Assembly (NCBI RefSeq): GCF_963676685.1
Contig: NC_092347.1
Span: forward strand, 73,408,001-73,472,000
Direction: 5' to 3'
Origin: Mytilus edulis
Taxonomy: Eukaryota
Length of the DNA stretch: 64,000 nt
Shown: positions 11,697-24,690 of the stretch, in pieces
Numbering within the stretch: the first letter of the stretch is position 1
How the letters are laid out: each line of letters opens with the position of its first letter
Program-made: the position numbers and the translations under genes
The notes under the pieces: generated by a model
Databases searched by the model: none
Seen by the model: only the letters and a program-made list of their open reading frames with translations
What the model was told of the DNA's origin: nothing

Positions 11697-12215
11697 TGTA
11701 AATAGTTATCAAAGGTACCAGGATTATAATTTAATACGCCAGACGAGTTTTTCGTCTACATAAGACTCACCAGTGACGCTCAGATCAAAATATTTATCAT
11801 TAAGCCAAACAAGTACATAGTTGAAGAGCATTGAGGGCCAAAATACGGCTCAGGTAATCTATTCCTGGGATATGAAAATCCTTTGTTTTTCGAAAAATTC
11901 AAAGTTTTGTTAACAGGAAATTTCTTAAAATGAATGTCAACACCGAAGTGCTGACTACTAGGCTGCTGATACCCTCGGGGACGAAACTTCCACCAGCAGT
12001 GGCATCGACCCGTTGGTGAAAATAGTTATCAAAGGTGCCAGGATTATAATTTAATACGCCAGACGCGCAATTCATCTACATAAGACTCATCAGTGACGCC
12101 CAGATCAAAATAGTTATGAAGCCAAACAAGTACAAAGTTGAAGAGCAGTGATGACCATAAATTCAAAAACGTTGTGCCAAATACGGCTAAGGTAATCTAT
12201 ATCTAGGATAAGAAC
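11697..12215 (-). mobile_element. Tandem (~1.6 units of ~320 bp) retrozyme-like repeat with mutated hammerheads
   Basis: aaatagttatcaaagg at 11700 and 12020. Hammerhead remnants near 11735..11786 and 12055..12107 have substitutions in CTGATGA or GAAA. Confidence 0.65.
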
Positions 12216-12229
12216 ACTTTCGCTGTACC

Positions 12230-12672
12230 TGTATAAATCGGATTTCGAACGGGATACCCTTTCTCTAATTTTTGTGCTATTTTCACATTTCTTGATCGGT
12301 GTCAGAAAAATATTTCTCCTCACTAGTGAAATATCTGTTCTCGGCAAATGATTAGTCGAAATTTGATTATGACCGAAATTTTTTTATTTTCTGCTGAATT
12401 TTCCTATTGTGACGTCATGAAAAAGGCGACCATGCCTGATGACGTCGGATATAAGGAACACAAGTTTCTGAAAATCTTTGAAAAAGAACGATAAAAATCA
12501 TCAAAGAAACATGTTCCAACACTATAACTCGTGTTTTACGATATTTCTCCACTCTCGACAGTTACATTTTAATTATTTAAAAAGCTCGCAAGCCTCGCGC
12601 TTTATATAATAAAATTCAACTGTCTCAAGTGGAGAAATATCGTAATACACTTGTTGCAGTGTAGGAATCTAT
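12230..12672. mobile_element. Non-autonomous element with 3' long hairpin (12515..12668)
   Basis: Inverted arms ttacgatatttctccact / agtggagaaatatcgtaa; element ends in TA. Confidence 0.5.
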
Positions 12673-13446
12673 ATTTCTAATTTAACGTTGATGTTTTTTA
12701 AGCACCCGTAACTTATTTTAGATACGATCCATTTTAAACTTATTCATCCTAGAAATGAACTTATTATGAAAGGTTATCAATTTAAAATTGTAGAAATATT
12801 TTTGAATACTGTCTTCATCGACAAATATTTCATAAATATGTATGCCTATACAATTATGCACACTATTGGTATAATATTCTTCAATATTTTGCATTGCACA
12901 CAGCCATGATTTTCGCAAACTAACATCTGTACACTTAACTAATTTGATGCGTACTGACCGATGTCGGGGAAACACAGTCAATTAAATATCAAACTAGCTT
13001 CAAGTAAATTAACTCATCATAGATAACAGACTTTTATGCTTGGTCGCCAGACTCATCAGTGACACTCGAGTAAAAAAAGATAGGAATCCCAAATTAAATA
13101 GAAAGATGAAGAGCATTTATAAATCAAGGTTCCTAAATATTTTGCCAGGTACAGGTCGGAGTTTATTCAAGAGTAACTCAAAGTTTAACTAACAGTAAAT
13201 TCACAGTTTTGCTTATATCAATGATAACTTATGTCATCACAATAGGAATTGATAACTACAATAGTGCTGACAATTGGGCTGGTGAAACCTTTTAAAAATC
13301 AACCTCCATATGCATGAGCTGTTCTTATATCGGTACCTTGTGTATTTTGTCTTTTTGTAGGGATAATTGTTTGCTTTGGGCCGAACTTATTAGTCAAGCC
13401 TTTTTCAAACTGGTTTTATACGTGTTTAATTTTTTTTAAATTGTAG

Positions 13447-14572
13447 TAAAATTGAGAATGGAAATGGGGAATGTGCCAAAGAGACAACAACCCGACCATA
13501 GAGCAGACAACAGCAGAAGGTCACCAACAGGTCTTCAATGCAACGAGAAATTCCCGCACCCGGAGGCGTCCTTCAGCTGGCCCCTAAACAAATATATACT
13601 AGTTCAGTGATAATGAACGCCATACTAAACTCCAAATTGTACACAAGAAACTAAAAGTTAAAATAATACAAGACTAACAAAGGCCAGAGGCTCCTGACTT
13701 GCGACAGGCGCAAAAATGCGGCGGGGTTAAACATGTTTGTGAGATCTCAACCCTCCCCCTATACCTCTAGCCAATGCAGAAAGGTGAACGCATAACAATA
13801 CGCACATTAAAATTCAGTTCAAGAGAAGTCCGAGTCTGATGTCAGAAGATGTAACTAAAAATAATAAACAAAATGACAATAATACATAAATAACATCAGA
13901 CTACTAGCAGTTAACTGACATGCCAGCTCCAGACTTCAATTAAACTGATTGAAAAGTTATGTCTTCATCATATGAATATCAGGCACAATCCTCCCCGTGA
14001 GGGGTTTAGTATCATACCATCATACCATATATGAGAAGAACATAACCCGTGTCATGCCAACAACTGGTTTATTAATAATAAATGTGTTTAGTTCCGATGC
14101 AAAGACCCTATAAGTGAATCAATATTAACGCCACAATATGCAATCTTTAATGACCTGACAACAGTATCGTAACTATATCCCTTCTTAATAAGTCTATTTA
14201 AAGGTTTTCTTAGCTTCTGATGTGAGTACTGACATTTTTGTGCTTTATAAAGAATATTTCCATAAAATATTGGATGTGAAATACCTGAACGTATAAGAAG
14301 TCTGCATGTTGAGCTATATTTCCGAATGATGTCCTTATACCGATGATAAAATTTAGTAAATGTTTTGACTAGTTTGTGATATCGAAAACCCTGGTGTAAT
14401 AATTTTTCAGTAATATATAAATTTCTCTCGTTAAAATCTAAAACATTGTTACATACACGAGCGAATCGTACAAGTTGAGATATATAAACACCGTAAGATG
14501 GTGACAAGGGAACGTCACCATCTAAAAATGGATAATTAACGATAGGAAATGAGAAATCATCTCTTTTTTTAT
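13447..14572 (-). mobile_element. 5'-truncated Penelope-like retroelement (RT C-terminal region and 3' UTR)
   Basis: KRDDFSFPIVNYPFLDGDVPLSPSYGVYISQLVRFARVC...IGSLHRN* (ORF 14088..14507), typical of the PLE RT C-terminus, followed by a ~640-nt 3' UTR. Second copy at 34021..36506. Confidence 0.8.
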
Positions 14573-15798
14573 TCTAATGTTTTCTTATTTGTACATGTTT
14601 TATTTGTATCATTTCACTGAAAATTTTCAGTCTATTTATAAATTATGATTTAAAAATAAATCACTTTTTTTCCTAAAGTATTTTTAACTAAAGAATGTTT
14701 CAATTGCTGGTAGACAAATCAATTAAATTTTTAGAAAGTCGAATTTCCGGTAGACCTTCTTTCAAGGTTTGTATTGAACTTTGACATGTCTATTTAATTA
14801 GTGTTTTCTACCACGGTAATATATTATTTTATCTTTGGATTGTATTTGGCAAAACCTTTTAGAATTATGTGTTATCAATGGCCTACTTCAATTTGTTCAA
14901 CTCGGGTTAGTACTTGTTGAGTTTACTCGACTGACAATCGAATCCCCCGAGTTTGACCTCTTGAACTTACCTGAATTATCTCGACATCACCCCTGTTTTT
15001 TTGTCAGGTTTAGTACAGTTTTAAAATGGCGACAAATATAAATAGCAGAGACGAATATGATACTAATAAAATGACATTTTACAAGTACATATATAGGTAG
15101 GGATATCAAGTAACATTTACTGTTTGTTGTGTTTGCGTCAGTAAAAAAATATCCTGTGTAAATTCTGTCGTTGGTGTTTATAAGAATAGAAAAAAAATCA
15201 TATTTATCAGGATTGGTAACATTAAAATGTGAAAGCGATAATACATTCCCTTACTACGGACATCGGGAACGGGGCAAGATGAATAAATTACATGAAAATA
15301 GTGGCACAATAAGAACTGGAAATGATTAAATGAAAGAAGTTCTTAAATTTGATTATGTTACTTATTCGACGTCCATAAAAAGAAAATTGACAACTGCTGC
15401 TATACTTATATCGTATATTTATACATCTTCCATTTTAAAACTTTTCACTTCGATTCGAGAAGGATGCGCACATGCGCATTAACACTAGTTTTATTGTCAA
15501 ACTGAGCTGGACGAATTGAGGTAGGCCAATGCTTTTCAACTTCTCTCTTTATTTGACCTTCTTGACCTCTTTGGTTCGACTTCCAGCGTCACTAATGAGT
15601 CTGTTATAGACGAAACGCCCGTCTGGCATACAAACCGTAAATCCTGGTAAGGAGCTTTTTTAGATTTATGAGTCATTGCATTTATAATAAGCATAATTAA
15701 CATCTAATTTGATGATATATATTTGATATATATTAAACTTTGTTTTTATTGTAACAATGTTTTAGCAATATCACGGATCAAGCAAAAAGTAAAATCAT

Positions 15799-16268
15799 AA
15801 CAAGAATGTGTGCACAGTACACGGATGCCCCACTCGCACTATCATTTTATATGTTTAGTGGACCGTGAAATTGAAATAAATTCTCTAATTTGGCATTAGA
15901 ATTAGAATGATCTTATCAAAGGGAACAAGTATACTAAGTTTCAAGTTGATTGGACTTCTACTTTATCAAAAACTACCTTGACCAAAAACTTTAACCTGAA
16001 ATTTGCACTATCATTTTCTATGTTCAGTGAACCGTAAAATTGGGGTCAAAACTCTAATTTGGCATTTAAATTAGAAAGATCATATCATAGGGCACATGTA
16101 TACTAAGTTTCAAGTTGATTGGACTTCAACTTCATCAAAAACTACCTTGACCAAAAACTTTAACCTGAAGCGGGACAGACGGACGGACGAACGAACGGAC
16201 GGAGGGACAACGGACGCACAGACCAGAAAACATAATGCCCCTCTACTATCGTAGGTGGGGCATAAAAA
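15799..16268 (-). mobile_element. Helentron-associated (DINE-1-like) non-autonomous element
   Basis: Minus strand starts tttttatgccccacc..., has a (gtcc)n-like microsatellite and two internal ~168-bp tandem units (15836 and 16004). Confidence 0.65.
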
Positions 16269-17350
16269 TACTAAACTTAGAGGAAAAACAATTCGGATAG
16301 TCCATAATCACATGGCAAAATCAAATAACAAAACGCATCAAAAACGAATGGACAAGAACTGTCATATTCCTGACCTGTTGCAGGCATTTTCAAATGTAGA
16401 AAATGGTGGATTAAACCTGGTTTTAAAGCGCTAACCCAAGTTAGAAATTATTTTTTTATGTTTTGTAATTTTTGCCCTTGAAATCTGTAAAATTTGATAG
16501 TATAGTGATGATAACACTTACAGAAAAACAAGTTTTTTCTTACTCAACGTAATTGTGTCTCCCTTAGAATAAAAGCAGAAAGAATCTTAAAAGAGCAATG
16601 TAGTTTTAAGCATTTCAATGTGAAAAATAAACTTCGTCAGAAAATAAGGTCCATAATTATTCTATCATGTCTATATTTATAATTGACACTGTTTTACTAA
16701 CAATTGATTTTATTGAAGACAATATCATACTTGTAAAAAGTGCAGTTACATTTTGAATTCAAGACCAGACAAATATCGCAACAACTTGCATAAACATTTT
16801 TTTATCCGATTAATGATAGACACCTAAGAGACACTCAAACTAAAATTTCGAAAACAAACAGACAAAACCATGGCCAAAAAAGATAAACGACCACAAGTTA
16901 AACCGCAAAGACCAAGAATGTACAACACAAACCCAACCACAAACCGAGACGATCTCATGTGCTCTTGAAGGTTAAACTGGTCTGATCCACATATGGCACC
17001 TGTCATGTTGCTCATGAAAATAAAAAAATGGAGAATCTTAATTCGGTATAGGTAAAAAAAAGAAGACGGGATTGTGTTAAAGACAATTGAAACATTTATG
17101 TTGTCATTTATGTTTAGAGATATTGTATATATATCTGATGTCAGTGGCTGTTCCCTTAAACTAACCAAGAGTCTTCTTATTTATGTTCATATTTCATTTT
17201 TAAGTACTTTACCTTATGTCTTTTTTTCTTAATATTTGTATGTATGTATCTTTCTAATTGTCAAACGATAAGATATTTTAGAACTTCATTTTATGATTAA
17301 TATATTTCAGTTGAAGGAATTTCTTAATCTATCAGAATGTGATTCTGTGA

Positions 17351-18669
17351 ATGGATAACCATAGTTCACCTTCGAAAAGTTATGCATATTTTCAAAATGA
17401 ACAGGATTCTCTTAATAGTAATTGTCATACTTTGTCTATGCCATTCAATGGAGGCACCATCTTTACAACAATTTGTGGAGAAGGGACCTACATCGAAAAT
17501 AATTGTCCATATCCAGAACACAAAAAATGTAGTATGCTCCAAGGAGAACTTCCATCTAAAGATGGAAAAGTTAAGACATCGAAAAGAAGAATCACGAAAT
17601 CAATTCGCGTACACAATGATTCAAAATCAAGCAGTCAATTTGAAGAGTTTGTTCATGATGTTTTCAGCAATAGAACCACCAACAAGACTTCTGCTGGGAA
17701 TCCACATACTAGTATTCAGAAAGGCAACCATAAACAAGTTTTGTCATGCACAAATTTAATACAAGAGACATCGGAACACAAATGTTCGTTTCATTACGAA
17801 ACACCATTCGTAAACAAAGAAAGAAATCACAAAAAACAACATTGTCAAAATAAACCTAACGAAGGGTTAATGGACTATTCGCTTTATTCAAATTTCACAG
17901 TTGTTGATATAGAGCTTTATCATTCTGATACAGAATATTTTATGCAAATGGATAAGTTTAAACCCTCCAACAAAATTCCTGCTAGTAACTCACATACTAG
18001 TACCAAAAAAGTCAGTAATGAACACGTGCTGTTAGGTGCGAAGTTATTTCAAGAGACATCGGACTCCAAATTTTCGTTCAATTGCGAAAAATTATTTGTA
18101 AGCAGTGAAAAAAATAACAGTATACAAAATTGTCATAGTAAACAAATAGAAGGATTGAGTGACTCTGCGCTTTCCTCAAATTTTTCTGTGGTTGATGTAG
18201 AGCTTTATCAGTCTGATAGAGCATATTTTATGCAATTGGATAAGTTTAAACCCTCCAACAAAATTCCTGCTAGTAGTTCAAATACTAGTACCCAAAGAGT
18301 CAGTAATGAACACGTGTTGTCAGGTGCGAAGTTAATTCAAGAGACATCGGACTCCGGGATTCCATTTGTAAACAAGGAAAGATATAACAATTTACAGAAT
18401 TGTCATAATAAACAAATAGAAGGATTAAGCGACTATTCGCTTTCTTCAAATTTCACAGTTGTTGATGTAGAGCCTTATCAGACTGATAGAGCATATTTTA
18501 TGCAATTGGATAAGTTGTGTATCCAGCAGGGTAAACCCTGGACTCGAGAATATGTATCTGAGGTACAAAACAACGTACTGATGCAAAATACCGCACCTGA
18601 CCTGAAACATAATTGCCTCCTGACTGAGGATAACAAACATGAAGTATCACAGGAAAAAGGAGTAGTAGA
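17351..18669 (+). CDS. Coding exon 1 of TRIF/TRAM (TICAM)-like cytoplasmic TIR protein, repeat-containing N-terminus
   Basis: tttcag acceptor ends at 17310; in-frame TGA immediately before ATG 17351; 439 codons + 2 nt; GTAAGT donor at 18670 (phase 2). Confidence 0.8.
17669..18514 (+). repeat. Three in-frame coding tandem repeats (288, 288, 270 nt)
   Basis: Units end in YFMQ(M/L)DK; gataag at 17951, 18239 and 18509. Confidence 0.85.
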
Positions 18670-19304
18670 GTAAGTTTGAAAAGGATGGCTTCACGGCTAT
18701 TAGATATTTAAAATTATAAAAGTAAAACGGAATTGACAACACCATGTCGAGGGAGGGGGAGAGGTAAAAAAAAATGACAAACAATATTACGAGTAAGCGA
18801 AGACAAAAACGTGAAAAATACATGAACAACTACAGCTAACTGTAAAGCATGAAATCGAAAAGGAACTGACAATATCATTGAAAAACGACGAAAAGACAAT
18901 AAAAGTCTACACAAATTACATAGAAAATTAAATCCTGATCAATTGCACCAATAACAATAATTTATCTCAGGGACTTTACAAGGTAGAACGGTTAGCCGAC
19001 CCTACTACACGTGTGGCACCCGTCGACCTGTAAGTGATTATAACAAGGTCATTGTTCATTCTCCTTCGGTTATTTCACAACGGAGATGTTTATAATGTAC
19101 TGTTTCAAACATATCCCAAATTCGGATGCTCTTTAATTTTAATATGAAAACCTTTTCTTATATATTTTGGTTTTTTTTTATCCTACGCTCACATTTATTT
19201 TCGTTTTGCATCTGACCTCAACGCTTGTCGTGTCAATATGAATGCTATTATACAAAATTCTCGTGAATCACAATGTATTCAGATTTAACAACGTTTCATT
19301 ACAG

Positions 19305-19450
19305 AATTTTAAGTGAAACTAGTAGAAGAACTTTAAATGGACAAAACTTATCCTGTGGTGGTATAATAAAATCTACACGTCCCACAGATATATCCCCCCA
19401 TATTTGGACTGAAAAAACACCATCAGAGGAAATTTCTACCAAGGAAAAGG
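19305..19450 (+). CDS. Coding exon 2 of TICAM-like TIR protein
   Basis: ttacag acceptor ends at 19304. Phase 2 entry gives ILSETSRR...TPSEEISTKEK; GTATGT donor at 19451 (phase 1). Confidence 0.75.
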
Positions 19451-21419
19451 GTATGTTATTACAGATAGAATATTTGTTAATAAATATATTTTAAAATAAA
19501 AATGGAATAACACAAAAAAAGTTTCATTGTCAGCCGTTCATTCTGCTCTTCAGACAGTAATGGAGCGTTATTATGCAGCAACATAGCATCTTCAGTAGCC
19601 AAGGGTAACGATACAGTTACATCCTCTCAACCCTTAGCGCATTAAGGGCAAATTTCAGATCTACGAATTGATGATTTCCAGTGGTTGCAGTTTTAACTGT
19701 CTATATCAAATTAAAAAGCGTCTTTAAAGTAATCAAGTGTGAATGTAGAAACAGTAGATTGTCACGTGTTGATTGTGCAACAAGTGTTTGCCGACGAAAC
19801 ATGTGATAATATTTAGTGACAATTTCAAAGTTCAAAAGTAACTTCTAGTAATTAAAAGTTCCAGAATATGTTTCTCGAGCAAACTTTAAAATGACAACGT
19901 TTAATTTTTGTTCCTGCTTCGCGAAATTTCTAAACACTGGACACAACAATTAAACACCTCAACATTGAGGAGAGTTCTTGTGCTGCCGTTGGTCAAGAAT
20001 GGTGTAGTCGGAATGGGAGTGACTTTTATCTACAGGCATATGACGCAGCATTGTTATCACAAATGCTGGTTTAATCTGGATGAGGAGAAGGGGATCTGTG
20101 TCCTTTTACTTTTTGACATCATAAAATAATCTTATATTACTAAATACCGGGTAATATACATACGTTATGGTTACAGGTTAGGAAAAATTTAACAGTCGGA
20201 AACCAGGTTGAAATAGAATTAGAGAAGGCGATAAATGTTTACTGTATTGTTTACTATAGTGACAAATTTTTAAAAAGTTAATAGAAACAAACAAAACTGC
20301 AATTTTCTTCTCAATTACGAGGTGTTTTATTTCAAAAACACCATTTGCATAAGTTTTCAATTTATCTAGTACATAGTTAAGCAGAACAATTAGATATCAA
20401 GTCGACGACATGGGTATCTTTCAAGTTGGATGACAAAAATGCATAACCTCCGATTTTTTTGAAAAAATTACCACGGACGGAAAAGATATCAATCTATTAG
20501 TTCAGTAATTTTCGTGTCTGCCCTTCCATTATGTGACTGAAGAAAAAAATCCAAAAAATAGGTAACAATTGTATCGAAAAGAGAAAATCGAGTGCATCTT
20601 TTTATGTTAGGGCGTGTTTGAGTTGAGTATTTTGTCTTGATATCGTTCAAAGTAAGATTATTTCATACATCGTCTCGCTTCAGATTCTATCATTTTTATA
20701 TATTAAAGCTACAGGTTGACTTTATAACACAAAAAAATAACAGTACTAAAAGATGAAATATATGGGTCAAGTGAAATACCCATCTTATGAGTCACAAAAA
20801 CAGGGAAGGTGTGTTCGAATAGCTATTTTTTTACTGAAAGTACTTGACGACAGTCTTACAAGTTGGATGATGAAAATGCATATCTTCGAAAAATTCTAAT
20901 TTTTTGTGTGTGATAACTAGGGTTTATAGTCTTCAACCACTAAAAAAATCTAGTCTGCCCTTCCACGAAATATTTAATTAGATTTTTTTTAAATGTTTAT
21001 GATTTTTCGAAAATTCCACCGAACAACCGATCAGACAATAGTTTTAAGTTGAATCAATGCAGACAATATCATTAACTGATGCTCATTAGCTAGTTGATAC
21101 ATTTGTCTTTTAAAATATAACTGACATATAAGGATCGTATTGGTGCAATGTGGATAAATTTATCGGTTTCCAAGAGCAAAATTGGTAGCGCGTCATCGCT
21201 ACAATGGCTTCCATTTTTACGATTGTGAAAATGAACTGGCGTAATGGGGAGATAATTTTGACGAAGTAGGATCCTGACTGTTAAGAATAGGATAGAGTTG
21301 TTCTTCTTTTATCAATTTCAAACGAGTTCAATTGATTCAGAAATATCAGCTTTTTGAGAAAAAGATATTATTACATGTATTTAGGGATCGATATGCAGTT
21401 ATTTTTTGCTGATATTTTT

Positions 21420-21463
21420 TTTCCGATCGCAAGTTTTTTACGGTCGAATATCGCTATGACTTT

Positions 21464-21501
<38 letters not shown>

Positions 21502-21810
21502 ATGGATCTCTATGAAACTGTACTAAAAGGTTTCATGCCACCAAAGGAAGTTATGGGATTGTTTTGGGCTTCTTTTGTTTTTGGCATTAGGAGCAAAAAA
21601 CAATACTTTTCAAATACTTCGTATAAATTGCTCAAATTTTGGCCAATTTCAACGGACTTGTATTCAAAGTCTTGAATTTTAGGCTATTTTAAATATACTG
21701 AATTTAACCATGTATTTGGATTACTGATATTGGACCAGGAAAGGTAAATGTCCAACTTTAAAATTTTTAAGTTCTTATAGCACACTCATACTGTGTCAGA
21801 ATTTTTTCCA
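21420..21810 (+). mobile_element. Degenerate copy of the Helentron-like element at 57461, with (GTC)n microsatellite
   Basis: Shares the (gtc)n tract, the atctctatgaaa motif and the ctgtgtcagaa 3' segment. Confidence 0.55.
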
Positions 21811-24031
21811 ACGCACGTAGAAATATCATTCAATATTTACATGTAAAAATAGACAAATGCCGTGGTAAATTATCAAGTTTGTTAGGCATGCGTAATTGTT
21901 TTGCGGATCATAAAGTCATTTCATAATGATCAAACAGGCACATTATTCATAAAACATTGTTGCGCATGGTGGAAAGTATAATGCGGTATTTTTAAGGATT
22001 TACCTTGTCATTTTTTTAAACACCGTAGTAATCATACGATACATGATGCCGTCCGTACAACTTGTGGAGTTATAATCTTAGGCGTTATTTTTCAAATATT
22101 GCGTTTTAAGATCTTTCTGTTAATGAGATCATAGATCGTCGATCTCATATTTCTTATCAATTAAGATACCTCAAAGGCATGTACAGGAAATTTTTTTGAC
22201 CGACAAATATTCAGTTTTTCCCTTTCCCTTCACAATATTTTTAAAATGCTATGCTGTTGTAATATCAGGGTTAAAAGCTGAACTTTTTTTCGGATTAATA
22301 TTCTGATATTCAAAATGACTTTCTAATCAATGATTGAAAGGGTTTTTTTTAAAGTCAAATATTTTATGGCACGATTACGATAGCTGAGATGCATTATGTT
22401 CTTTCTTGTTACCCGTACAATATTAAAACTTGGATTTAGGTATGTTTAGGTAGATTAAATATTGTTTATAGTATTATTATTTTTTTGTTATATCTAGTCG
22501 TAGTAAACGTGATACTTGTTAATAGTACTATAAGTAATATACCCCAGTATTCTATAATACAAAATTCGGTGTTGTTTCAACTTTCAGTTCACAAAACAAA
22601 ACAATATGATAATTTAATGGAACTTAGTATGTATGTTTCTCATTACAAATGTAAGTAAATTGTTCAGGATTCATGCCTAATAAGGGTTTTGGACAAGATT
22701 TGATTGTTCGCTAAAAATTTAAACATGAAAGTACGACAGTCCCTTATGGTATCTAGTTTATAAATTGTATCCGAAGTTTTGATCCATCAACAAACATGAC
22801 CGCCATAGCTAAAAATAGAACATAGGGGTCAAATGCAGTTTTCAAAAACTAAAGCTTTTAGAAAAAAATATGACATGGGGTAAAATTGTTCAATTGGTCA
22901 AGATCTATCAAGACTCATTAATATATTTTGAAAAGCAAAAATAATCATTGATGAAAGATTTAAGCAAAAATAAATAGCAGGTGAGCGATTCAGGCTATTG
23001 ATAGACTCTTGTTTTTTTTACATTTTTTTATAAATTTTTCATACATTTACTGTTTGCAAAAGTAAGAATTTTTCCAACGATTTTCTTATCCCAGGAATAG
23101 ATAACTTTAGCCGTATTTGGCACCACGTTTTAGAAATTTGTGTCACCAATGATCTTCAACTTTGTTCTAGTAGGCTTTCTTTACTATTTTGATCCGAGCG
23201 TCACTTGTGAGTCTTATGTAGACCAAACGCACGTATGGTGTATTAAATTAACCATCCTGGTACCTTTGATAACTATTAGCATGTCGAAATTTCCTATTGT
23301 AATGTTATTTGTGTAGTAATTTGTCCTAAATGTTCTTGTATTTATTTGTACTGTCGTCCTGTCATGTAATGTTGTCATTGTAATGTTATATTTAACATTG
23401 CCATAAAAGCGAGAGGTTTGACTAGCCGCAAAAACAGGTTCAACCCAACATTCGTTTCTTAACATTTCCTGTACCAAGAAAATGGCCATTGTTATATTAT
23501 AGTTCGTTTCTGTGTGTGTTACATTTAAGTGTTGTGTTTATGTTGTGTCGTAGTTCTCCTCTTATATTTACTGTGTTTCCCTCAGTTTTAGTGAGTAACC
23601 CGGATTTGTTTTTTTCTCAATCAATTTATGAATTTCGGACAGCGATATACTACTGTTGCCTTTATTTAGTTCATATGCCTTTTTACAATAATATAGTGAC
23701 ATTGACATTTATTCCTTCTCTTTTATCTAAATGTAAATCGTGGAATGTAATTCACTATACAGAAACTTGGTTCGGGAGTTTATTTCATCTTTTAAAGGTT
23801 CCGTATTGTTCTATTCTTAATTTTTCAAAACAAATCCAGATCAAATTATTACGAAATTTACTTAACATTTTGTTTTTTTATGTTGCTTTTTTCTTATGCT
23901 TCTTTATATTTGGTTTCCCTGTTGAAGACTAGTTTTAACCAGCAATTTAACTTATGTCACTTAGTTTCTTTGGTGACTGAATTAAATAGAAAAGTAAAGA
24001 ATTGAAAATTAATATATCCTTTTTTTTTTAG

Positions 24032-24690
24032 ATACGTTTAATGTTAGTGGTAAGCCGTTTAAAGACTTGGAAAGATACGTCATTGAAAATTACCAAAGAG
24101 TTCCAGATGTCATTAAGCATAAATACTTCGATGCAACAGTAGTTTACCATGAGGACGATAGGTATGAAGCTGAAAAATTCCGAAATCATATAACAACACA
24201 AAATACACGCCAACCTCTAAGCATAGCTATGTACGATGGACCTGATTTAGAGCATATGTCACGATCAAAATTGGAACTACTTGAAATGATGTGTGAATTT
24301 TCAACATTTATAATAATATTTTTTACTGAAAATGTTATGCTGAGAGCAAATTTCTGGAGATTAGATAAACCATTCAGCCCATCAACACATGATTCTGAAG
24401 ATGAATGGTTATATATGTTTAACTCCATTTGCGTTAAATATTGTAGAACAGGAAAAGTAATACCAGTTAAAAACAGAACGCGTTTAAGGCTTCCACTCAG
24501 TTTAATAGCACTTAGGTCATTTGACTATTCACAACAAGATGATCAGTGCATTGCGAAATTGTACAAAATTATTTTTGAAAAAAGAGATCAACGAATAAAA
24601 AGAGAGATCGTTTTATTAAAGAAACAATTCGATTATCTAATGAAAAATCGACATTTGTGTGTATCATCATCAAAATTTGGGTCTATTTAG
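24032..24690 (+). CDS. Terminal exon of TICAM-like protein encoding the TIR domain
   Basis: Poly-T ag acceptor ends at 24031; phase 1 entry in frame with ORF 24067. YFDATVVYHEDDRYEAEKF, STFIIIFFTEN, KVIPV and RLPLSLIAL align by eye to TRAM FVILHAEDDTDEALRV, SAWTILLLTEN, SVIPM and RTPFALQTI. Confidence 0.8.

Noticed and set aside
17382-17759. 125-aa ORF with a signal-peptide-like start
   Set aside because: Alternative frame overlapping the 440-codon exon; no independent support.
23214-23932. ORFs of 91 and 147 aa in the adaptor intron
   Set aside because: Overlap dispersed repeats and have low-complexity F/L/I-rich translation; flanking exon phases already match without them.
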